A DNA stretch of 32,000 nt from Ancylobacter moscoviensis (GTDB taxonomy: Bacteria > Pseudomonadota > Alphaproteobacteria > Rhizobiales > Xanthobacteraceae): positions 465,406 through 497,405 of the forward strand of contig NZ_VMBP01000001.1 of the NCBI RefSeq assembly GCF_007559435.1. Reading direction: 5' to 3'. The translations under genes and the position numbers were made by a program. The notes beneath the pieces were generated by a model. The model ran no database searches. It had not been told where the DNA came from and was given only the letters and a program-made list of their open reading frames with translations. Position 1 is the stretch's first letter; the number at the start of each line of letters is the position of its first letter. Positions 8,724 through 15,468 of this stretch are shown piece after piece.

Positions 8724-9173
8724 TCAGACCCACGGGTTCTCGAAAACGACGCTTGCCACGAGAGAGATTGCACGCCTCGCATTTGTCTCATGATCCGATC
8801 GTGAGCTGTAATGGTCGTCGATTATTATCTTTGGTCCTCTAGACGGCTTGAAATGAACCAGAGCATTGCGCTCCCTTCGCAACCATTCAAGATCACCTGC
8901 AAAGTCAGAATTGGCAAAGGCCGCCTGCATGCCTCCGTCGAACTCCTGACCGAGTTCTGCTTCTCGAAGGTGAGCGTCAACTACAGTGCAAGACAAAATA
9001 ATCGTGCTGATGAATGCGCCCGCACAGAAAACGGATTGCAGATCCACAAGCAGTGCAGTTGCGTGCTCACCAACAACGTATGCGCCACCGCGTCGTTCAA
9101 TATCGAACTCCGCATCAAACCACGCGCGCCGGGCCTCCCACGTCTCGCTATTCGGATATTCGATCTGATCCAT
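8724..9173 (-). CDS. HEPN-motif protein (DUF4145-like all-alpha protein, putative RNase/toxin)
   Basis: 149-aa ORF in a visibly lower-GC patch. It carries the canonical HEPN R-N-x3-H motif in LEWLRRERNALVHF, preceded by a helix resembling HEPN cores (GAFISTIILSCTVVDAHLREAEL). Confidence 0.65.
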   Translation of the reverse strand: MDQIEYPNSETWEARRAWFDAEFDIERRGGAYVVGEHATALLVDLQSVFCAGAFISTIILSCTVVDAHLREAELGQEFDGGMQAAFANSDFAGDLEWLRRERNALVHFKPSRGPKIIIDDHYSSRSDHETNARRAISLVASVVFENPWV

Positions 9174-9258
9174 GCTCGCCTAGCCAAATCGTCTATAATT
9201 TGTGATTCAAAGGCCATTTCAGTGGTGCTGCAAGACAAAGTTTGATTTTTGAATATAT

Positions 9259-9301
9259 GGTCAAGGCAACATACGAGCATCCGATCGAACATGCCTTGAC
9301 C
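9259..9301 (-). terminator. 10-bp perfect hairpin just downstream of the HTH gene (weak terminator or regulatory structure)
   Basis: GGTCAAGGCA (9259-9268) pairs with TGCCTTGACC (9292-9301) around a 23-nt loop. On the minus strand it is followed by the AT-rich atatattcaaaaatc, with no clean U-tract. Confidence 0.35.
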
Positions 9302-9308
9302 ACTATCA

Positions 9309-9689
9309 TCACATGGTTCTGTCGTTCAGCTTTCTGATGGTTGCCAGGAGATCCTCGGCAGCATATTCGAGATGGGCAAGTTTGACAGCGGCGATTAGAT
9401 CGGGGCGTCCAGCCATGCCCAGGAAGGCATGAAGCACCTCATCGGAGTGCCGGACAAGAGCGACGAGATGCTCCCCGCTCGGACCGTAGCGCCCAGAGAA
9501 CCAGTTCTTCGCGGTTCGTTCGTTGGCTCCGGTCCAAGCTGCAGCCGTTTTCACGGCAGCATGAGTTGAACCGAGCGACCGCTTCAACGCAGACGCAATC
9601 TCCACGGCGAATCGCGTCTCGCTCGACTGCGGCCCGCCACCATTCAACCCATTGCCCGGAAAGGACTTGCCCTTTTTCGGAAACGACAT
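9309..9689 (-). CDS. Small HTH-like DNA-binding protein (repressor or antitoxin candidate)
   Basis: The ATG at 9689 is preceded by AAGGAG 8 nt upstream. The segment AVKTAAAWTGANERTAKNWFSGRYGPSGEHLVALV looks like an XRE-type helix-turn-helix. The gene is divergent from the recombinase. The longer ORF reaching 9809 would overlap the recombinase start. Confidence 0.65.
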   Translation of the reverse strand: MSFPKKGKSFPGNGLNGGGPQSSETRFAVEIASALKRSLGSTHAAVKTAAAWTGANERTAKNWFSGRYGPSGEHLVALVRHSDEVLHAFLGMAGRPDLIAAVKLAHLEYAAEDLLATIRKLNDRTM

Positions 9690-9763
9690 TCCACGCTCCT
9701 TCGCTTTAAGTTGGCGAAGGGCATTGAGCTGGAGGCGTTGCAGGAACGACGAGATACGACCGA

Positions 9764-11359
9764 GTGCCGCGTGAGGATGGAGCATTGAAAGGGCAACTCT
9801 CGAAGCCAAAACGTAAGGTCGATGATGATGCCGGCAACGATATTGCCGCCGTCGCCTACGTGCGCATGTCGACGGACCATCAGAAGTACTCGACGGAGAA
9901 CCAACTCGACGTCATCAAGAAGTATGCTGTAGCGCGTGGTCTGACGATTTTGCACGTCTTCGAGGACTCCGGACGAAGTGGTCTTCGTCTCGATGGACGG
10001 GAGGCGCTGCAAAGCCTGATGGCCGAGGTCACATCCGGTCACGCCGGATTCTCAGCGATACTTGTCTACGACGTGAGTCGCTGGGGCCGCTTCCAGGACG
10101 CGGACGAAGGCGCCTATCATGAGCACATCTGCTCCCGCGCCGGCATTCGGGTTCACTATTGCGGGGAGCAGTTCGAGAACGACGGTAGCATCGGTTCCAA
10201 TCTGCTGAAAACCGTCAAGCGCGTTATGGCGGGCGAGTACAGTCGCGAGCTTTCAGTCAAGGTATTTGCGGGCCAATGCCGCTTGGTCGAACTCGGATTT
10301 CGGCAGGGCGGTACGCCAGGCTACGGCCTGCGCCGTGTGTTGATCGACGAGCACGGCAACACCAAGGGCGAACTTGGGCGAGGCGATCGAAAAAGCCTTC
10401 AGACCGACCGTGTCGTGCTGATTCCAGGACCGACCGAGGAGGTCGACACTGTCCAGCGGATGTATCGCTTGTTCGTGCATGAGGGGCGATCCGAGAGAGA
10501 AATCGCGGCTGCACTGAACGCTGACGGGATCATAACGGACTTCAGCCGGCCGTGGACGCGGGCGGCGGTTCATCAAGTCCTGACCAACGAAAAATACATC
10601 GGCAATAACGTCTACAACAAGGTCTCGTTCAAGCTGAAGCAACGGCGCGTCGTCAATCCGAGAGAGATGTGGATCCGGGCTGAAGGCGCGTACTCGCCGG
10701 TCGTCGATCAGGCGCTTTTCGAGCGCGCACGCGCGATCATTGACGCGCGCAGCCGGCACTATTCCGACGAAGAGCTGCTGGCGATGCTCCGAGCCCTGCT
10801 CGAAGAATATGGCAGCCTGTCGGGCATCGTGATCGACGAGCACGACGACATGCCGTCGTCGAGCGCATATCGGTATCGCTTCGGCAGCCTGCTGCGAGCC
10901 TACGAGTTGATCGGCTACGAGCCCGATCGCGACTACCGCTACATCGAAGTCAACCGCGCCTTGCGCGAGGCGCATCCGCAGGTCGTCGCGGACGTTATGG
11001 CCGGAATTGCCGCGGCAGGCGGGCGGTCCGAGCGAGATCCCATCAGTGATCTGATCCGCGTGAATGACGAATTCACGGCTTCGATTGTCATCGCGCGCTG
11101 CTGTGAAACCCAGACGGGATCGTTGCGATGGCGAATCCGGCTCGACGTCGGTCTCGTCCCGGACATCACGATTGCGGTCAGGATGAACGAGGAGAACAAG
11201 GCGCCCCTCGACTACTACGTTCTGCCAGGCATCGACATGAGCCTGCCACGCCTTCGTCTGGCCCATCAGAATGGGTTGGCGCTCGATGCCTATCGCTTTG
11301 AAACGCTCGATTTCTTCTATGCGCTGGCCGGGCGGGCCTATTTTTCGGAGGCGGCTTGA
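9764..11359 (+). CDS. Large serine recombinase (resolvase catalytic domain + recombinase domain)
   Basis: The catalytic context AVAYVRMSTDHQ, then VYDVSRWGR, and a recombinase-domain pattern (GGTPGYGL...VQRMYRLFVHEGRSEREIAAALNADGIIT...W...VHQVLTNEKYIGN) are all present. No CxxC zinc ribbon was seen in the C-terminal third. The start is GTG 9764 or TTG 9785. Confidence 0.9.
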   Translation: MPREDGALKGQLSKPKRKVDDDAGNDIAAVAYVRMSTDHQKYSTENQLDVIKKYAVARGLTILHVFEDSGRSGLRLDGREALQSLMAEVTSGHAGFSAILVYDVSRWGRFQDADEGAYHEHICSRAGIRVHYCGEQFENDGSIGSNLLKTVKRVMAGEYSRELSVKVFAGQCRLVELGFRQGGTPGYGLRRVLIDEHGNTKGELGRGDRKSLQTDRVVLIPGPTEEVDTVQRMYRLFVHEGRSEREIAAALNADGIITDFSRPWTRAAVHQVLTNEKYIGNNVYNKVSFKLKQRRVVNPREMWIRAEGAYSPVVDQALFERARAIIDARSRHYSDEELLAMLRALLEEYGSLSGIVIDEHDDMPSSSAYRYRFGSLLRAYELIGYEPDRDYRYIEVNRALREAHPQVVADVMAGIAAAGGRSERDPISDLIRVNDEFTASIVIARCCETQTGSLRWRIRLDVGLVPDITIAVRMNEENKAPLDYYVLPGIDMSLPRLRLAHQNGLALDAYRFETLDFFYALAGRAYFSEAA

Positions 11360-12261
11360 TGCAAGGCGATATAGTGAACGGGAGCCAGAAGCAGGTAGCC
11401 CTCATCCCGACCGAGCGGGTGCGCGTGCTGAATCCTCGCGCGCGCAATCGGCGCAACTTCGAGGAGATCGTCGACAACATTGCCAAAGTCGGACTGAAGC
11501 GGCCCATCACGGTCAGCAGACGGCCAGGAAGCGATCCGACGGAATATGATCTCGTATGCGGTCAAGGACGGCTGGAGGCATTCATCCAGCTCAAGCAGAG
11601 CGAGATCCCGGCCATCATCATCAACGCCAACGAGGATGAATGTTTGGTGATGAGCCTGGTCGAGAATTGCGCTCGTCGTCAGCATCGAGCGATCGATCTG
11701 ATGCAGGAAATCGGGACGCTGCGCCGCCGCGGCTACAACGACCGTCAGATCGCCGAGAAGATCGGCGTCAGCCCGGAATACGTGAACATGATCGCCGGGC
11801 TGCTGGAGCGTGGTGAAGAGCGTCTGGTCTCGGCGGTGGAAACGGGGCTCTTACCGCTCAATCTCGCCATTGAAATCTCGCGCACCGACGATGAGGGCGC
11901 ACAACGCGCTCTGATGGACGCCTACACCGAGAAGAAGCTGCGGGGCAAAAAGCTCGCTGCCGTTCGTCGGCTGTTGCAGCAGCGCAAGCGCCGTGGGCGC
12001 CATGTCGACGAAACCCCGTTCGGCCGCAAGGTCCAGCGACCACTGACGAGCGATGCGCTTGTCCGGGTCTATCGGCAGGAAGCGGATCGCCAGAAACTGA
12101 TGATCAAGAAGGCGGAGGTCACGCAGAATCGGCTTCTGTTTGTGGTGGAGGCGTTCCGTGCTCTGCGCGAGGACGAGCACTTCCTGACGCTTTTGCGTGC
12201 AGAGGGATTGGATTCCATGCCCGCTTGGCTGGAGAGCCGGCTGGTCGCGGGGGCGAACTGA
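11359..12261 (+). CDS. ParB/Spo0J-like protein 1 (ParB N-terminal domain + HTH)
   Basis: The ATG at 11359 shares one nucleotide with the recombinase TGA (TTGATG). ParB N-domain motifs are present (VRVLNPRARN...GLKRPITV...LVCGQGRLEAF...LVENCARR), followed by an HTH (YNDRQIAEKIGVSPEYVNMIAGLL). Confidence 0.85.
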   Translation: MQGDIVNGSQKQVALIPTERVRVLNPRARNRRNFEEIVDNIAKVGLKRPITVSRRPGSDPTEYDLVCGQGRLEAFIQLKQSEIPAIIINANEDECLVMSLVENCARRQHRAIDLMQEIGTLRRRGYNDRQIAEKIGVSPEYVNMIAGLLERGEERLVSAVETGLLPLNLAIEISRTDDEGAQRALMDAYTEKKLRGKKLAAVRRLLQQRKRRGRHVDETPFGRKVQRPLTSDALVRVYRQEADRQKLMIKKAEVTQNRLLFVVEAFRALREDEHFLTLLRAEGLDSMPAWLESRLVAGAN

Positions 12262-13178
12262 TGAAACGCGAGCCGCATCGCCCATCCGACACCGTGAAGA
12301 TCGCCTTCGAAGAAGACTTCGTCGTCCTGCCGATTAGCGCGATCCTGCCGGTTCACACGCTGCGCAAGACGGTGAAGGCGAGTCAGAAATACCGGCAGAT
12401 CACCGCATCGGTGCGTGAGGTCGGCTTGGTCGAGCCGCCGGTGGTCGCCCGCGACAAAAGCAAATCCGGAACCTTCCTGCTGCTTGATGGGCATTTGCGG
12501 ATCGAGATTCTGAAGGACCTCGGCATAACCGAAGTCGAATGCCTCATTTCAACAGACGACGAGGCGTTCACTTACAACAAGCGGATCAGCCGGCTCGCGG
12601 CCGTTCAGGAACACAAGATGATCAGGCGTGCGATCGAGCGCGGCGTGCCCGAGGAGAAGATTGCCAAGGCGCTCGATATCAATGTCCAGAGTGTGCAGCG
12701 CAAGGTGCGGCTGCTGGACGGGATTTGCGAGGAGGCCGTCGCGCTCCTGAAAGACAAGCCATGCCCCATCGGCGTCTTCGAGACATTGCGGAAGATGAAA
12801 ACGCTCCGCCAGATCGAGGCCGCCGAGCTTCTCGTCAACGCCAACAACTACTCGGTCGCCTACATCTCGGCGATTCTGGCCGGCACCCCGCAGTCCCAGC
12901 TCGTCGACACGAGCAAATCGAAACGCCTCAAGGGTCTGACGCCGGAGGCCATGGCTCGAATGGAGAGCGAGCTCAGTCGGTTGCAGGAAGCGATAACCTC
13001 GATCCAGGACTCCTACGGGAAGGACCACCTGCAGCTCACCGTCGTCAAAGGATATCTCGCAAAGCTGCTCGGGAACGGTCGCATCGTCCGCTACCTGATG
13101 ATGCATCGCCCCGAGTTTGTCGGGGAGTTTCAGACGATTGCAGAAATGACGTCGACCATGCCGGCCGAGTTGTCCTGA
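12261..13178 (+). CDS. ParB/Srx-like protein 2 (DGHxR-type ParB N-domain, RepB-like C-terminal region)
   Basis: The ATG at 12261 shares one nucleotide with the preceding TGA (CTGATGA). Motifs are ILPVHTLRK...VGLVEPPVV...LLLDGHLRIEILKDLG, an HTH (VPEEKIAKALDINVQSVQRKVRLL) and a helical tail. It has diverged strongly from protein 1. Confidence 0.85.
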   Translation: MKREPHRPSDTVKIAFEEDFVVLPISAILPVHTLRKTVKASQKYRQITASVREVGLVEPPVVARDKSKSGTFLLLDGHLRIEILKDLGITEVECLISTDDEAFTYNKRISRLAAVQEHKMIRRAIERGVPEEKIAKALDINVQSVQRKVRLLDGICEEAVALLKDKPCPIGVFETLRKMKTLRQIEAAELLVNANNYSVAYISAILAGTPQSQLVDTSKSKRLKGLTPEAMARMESELSRLQEAITSIQDSYGKDHLQLTVVKGYLAKLLGNGRIVRYLMMHRPEFVGEFQTIAEMTSTMPAELS

Positions 13179-13362
13179 CCGCCGGTCTTGGCGACGACGA
13201 TGGGGACCCGGACCCGATAAGCGCGGGGACCGCGGGAGAAGCCGCACGGTGGGGCGGATCAAGCGCGGTGGTGGGAATGGCGGCGAACCCGTTCGGAGCC
13301 CACAAGGCCGGCTGAGTTTTCGCCGGCCGCTGCCGGGTTGCACCGGCATTTCGATGCGGCGC

Positions 13363-13403
13363 GGGGCGTGCCGGACCAGGGATTGTCGGCACGCCCCTTT
13401 TTT
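13363..13403 (+). terminator. Rho-independent terminator closing the recombinase-ParB-ParB operon
   Basis: GGGGCGTGCCG (13363-13373) pairs with CGGCACGCCCC (13387-13397) and is followed by TTTTTT (13398-13403). It sits in the convergent gap with the minus-strand late operon. A second hairpin, GGCCGGC/GCCGGCC, lies at about 13306-13328. Confidence 0.7.
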
Positions 13404-13406
13404 CGC

Positions 13407-13604
13407 TCACTTGGGTGCGCTCCCGACGCCGGCACGCAGAGTGCCGAGGCCGAGCGCGGCGAGGATCTGGGTGAGCCAATCGGAGCCGACATCGACGCCA
13501 GGCACGTCGATGCCGAGCCCCTTCTCGACGATCACGACGAGGATCAGCGTCGCGGCGATGATGTAGGTGCGGTAGCCCGCGCCGAACTGCAGGATGGCGT
13601 TCAT
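13407..13604 (-). CDS. Small two-TM membrane protein (holin-like, by position)
   Basis: The ATG at 13604 follows a GGAGA Shine-Dalgarno. The 65-aa product MNAILQFGAGYRTYIIAATLILVVIVEKGLGIDVPGVDVGSDWLTQILAALGLGTLRAGVGSAPK has two hydrophobic helices. It lies directly after the endolysin. Confidence 0.55.
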   Translation of the reverse strand: MNAILQFGAGYRTYIIAATLILVVIVEKGLGIDVPGVDVGSDWLTQILAALGLGTLRAGVGSAPK

Positions 13605-13627
13605 GGGTGGTCTCCAATGAAAGATGA

Positions 13628-14197
13628 TCAAGCCTCGTTGACCGAGAGGCTGCCGGAAGAGCCGAGGACGATGGGGCGCACGTTCGCTGGCTGGGCCAGG
13701 TAGGCGGGCCGGCGCACGGCAACGAGGCGCTGCTTGGAGAGGCGGGAGATCGTCACGCGGTCGGACTGGTTTCCGCCGAGGACATGGAAGGCCGAGGCGT
13801 CGTGGCCGACATAGAGGCCGACATGCCCTCCGCAACTGCGCTTGAAGACGAGGACATCGCCGAGTGCCGCTGCGCTTTTCGGGATCGCTTTGCCGAACGC
13901 GGTCCAGGCGAGCGCCGAGAGGTAGAGTTTCGGTGGATTGCGTTCCGGCCGGCGTTCGACATTCGCCCGGTGGGCGGTCACCGCCATGAACAGCCCGCAC
14001 CAGGGGATCGCATCGGCGTCGTAGAAGCCGCCATAGTCTCGGCCGAGTCCTGCCGCCTGAAGCTCACGCTGCCAGCCGAGAATGCGCGGATTGTCCGCGT
14101 TGCCCGGCGCCTCCATGACACCGAATTCTTTCAGGGCTTCGACCAGCATGCGCGGTCCCGGCTCGCTCGCGAGCCAGCGGTAGTCTTTGGGCAACAT
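13628..14197 (-). CDS. Phage cell-wall hydrolase / endolysin, TIGR02594-type (NlpC/P60-CHAP-like)
   Basis: The ATG at 14197 is preceded by GGAGA. The motifs NPRILGW, IPWCGLFMAV (catalytic Cys context), GDVLVFKR..GGHVGLYVG and VLGGNQSDRVTI match the TIGR02594 family pattern as I recall it. Confidence 0.8.
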   Translation of the reverse strand: MLPKDYRWLASEPGPRMLVEALKEFGVMEAPGNADNPRILGWQRELQAAGLGRDYGGFYDADAIPWCGLFMAVTAHRANVERRPERNPPKLYLSALAWTAFGKAIPKSAAALGDVLVFKRSCGGHVGLYVGHDASAFHVLGGNQSDRVTISRLSKQRLVAVRRPAYLAQPANVRPIVLGSSGSLSVNEA

Positions 14198-14207
14198 CGG
14201 GATCTCC

Positions 14208-14234
14208 AAACAAAAAAACCCGCCGGAGGGCGGG
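14208..14234 (-). terminator. Rho-independent terminator (minus strand) between the membrane-protein gene and the endolysin
   Basis: The minus strand reads CCCGCC-ctcc-GGCGGG followed by TTTTTTTGTTT. The stem is at 14219-14234 and the T-tract at 14208-14218. Confidence 0.65.
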
Positions 14235-14260
14235 CTGGGTGGCGGGGATGGGTTGGAAGG

Positions 14261-14602
14261 TCAGGCGTGCTTCCGCTCGTCCTCATGGTTTTCGAGGCGG
14301 TCGATGCGCTCGCGAAACTCGCCAAGCGTCGCCTTCATCTGGGCGATGTCGGTTCGGGCCTCGGCGACGACCTTGCGGCCGGCGATGTCGTTCGAGACGT
14401 CCACCTTGATCTCCGCGATCTCGCGGGCGTTCGCGGCGAAGCTCGCGTCGATCAGGGCAAACCGGCCGGAGAGCCACCAGGCGATCCTGACGAGGAACAC
14501 GATCAGGATCAGAAGCTCGGCGATGATACTGCCTGCGACCATCCAGGTGATCGTGATGGCTTCGGGCGCGACGGTGACAGCCGCCGCAGGGACTGCGGAC
14601 AT
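14261..14602 (-). CDS. Phage membrane protein: one N-terminal TM helix + coiled coil (holin/spanin-like candidate)
   Basis: The ATG at 14602 follows GAGAGGAG. The sequence is MSAVPAAAVTVAPEAITITWMVAGSIIAELLILIVFLVRIAWWL, then the charged helical AREIAEIKVDV...IAQMKATLGEFRERIDRLENHEDERKHA. Confidence 0.6.
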   Translation of the reverse strand: MSAVPAAAVTVAPEAITITWMVAGSIIAELLILIVFLVRIAWWLSGRFALIDASFAANAREIAEIKVDVSNDIAGRKVVAEARTDIAQMKATLGEFRERIDRLENHEDERKHA

Positions 14603-14742
14603 GGTGACTCCTCTCAGGGTTTTGGGTTGGCGAACGCTGGCGCACACGTCGCCGAGGGGCGCGAAGGGCGGGCGGAGCGCGGTATCCCCCGCAGGCGTGT
14701 GCGGTCGCGCCCACGGGGCGCCTGTCGCGCGACTGTGGCCGG

Positions 14743-15441
14743 TCAGGCGTTGGGGGCCGTGAAGGCGAGCGCGTAGAGGACGAGGCGCACCCTGCCGCCG
14801 GTAAAGTTGCCGCCGGCGGCGGTCACACGCACGGGCGTGTCAGCGTAGAAAGCGGTTGGACCGATCACACCGATATTGGTTGAGCCCAGCGCGATCCCGA
14901 GCGAGCCGCCGAACTGGCTGGTGTTGCCGGCGACGCCGACCGAATAGGACGTCGCTCCAGTGATGGCCTGCGTGGTCCGTGACGCGACGGCGAGAACAAT
15001 CATCCGATCGGCGATCACGACGGTGGTCGCATCGACGTAGGCGCCCGAGAGGGTAAGCTCTTGTTCGAGCGCGACGAGGCGAATCGCCCCACCATTCGGC
15101 GTGCCGACGATCCGATCACGCCAGGCGCCGTCGGACCAGGTGAGCGTCAATCGCTCATCCTCGACATGGATCGTCCAACCGGCGTTGGGGATGAGGAAGG
15201 TCCAGGCTCCCGAAAGCCAGACCGCGATCTGCCCGGCCTTGCTCGCCCAAAGACCCGTCGGGCTTGCCCCGATGATCCAGCGCTCGCCCTCATTCGGACT
15301 GGCGGGTGGCGCGGAGAGGCTGCGGGTCTTCACCGCCGGCATGACGAGGGCATCAAGCAGTGCGAGCCCTTCATTGACGGTGACGTGCTTCTGCGCCTGG
15401 TCGGCCGCGAGCTGCGGCAGACCAAGATTGGTCGTCGGCAT
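14743..15441 (-). CDS. DUF2793-type phage tail fibre-like protein
   Basis: The N-terminus TTNLGLPQLAADQAQKHVTVNEGLALLDALV...PPASPNEGERWIIG...WASKAGQIAVWLSGAWTFLIPNAGW matches the DUF2793 signature found after g15 in GTA-like tail modules. Confidence 0.75.
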   Translation of the reverse strand: MPTTNLGLPQLAADQAQKHVTVNEGLALLDALVMPAVKTRSLSAPPASPNEGERWIIGASPTGLWASKAGQIAVWLSGAWTFLIPNAGWTIHVEDERLTLTWSDGAWRDRIVGTPNGGAIRLVALEQELTLSGAYVDATTVVIADRMIVLAVASRTTQAITGATSYSVGVAGNTSQFGGSLGIALGSTNIGVIGPTAFYADTPVRVTAAGGNFTGGRVRLVLYALAFTAPNA

Positions 15442-15468
15442 TGTCGTTCCTTCGGTTGGGAGATGAGG

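Noticed and set aside
9690-9809. Longer version (166 aa, start 9809) of the HTH gene
   Set aside because: It would overlap the divergent recombinase start. The internal ATG at 9689 has a strong AAGGAG Shine-Dalgarno, and the upstream extension has poor codon bias.
10253-11266. 337-aa minus-strand ORF opposite the serine recombinase, and 12549-13349 / 13045-13722 opposite ParB-like 2 and the intergenic region
   Set aside because: They have no motifs and poor codon bias. The plus-strand genes carry unambiguous catalytic and HTH motifs.
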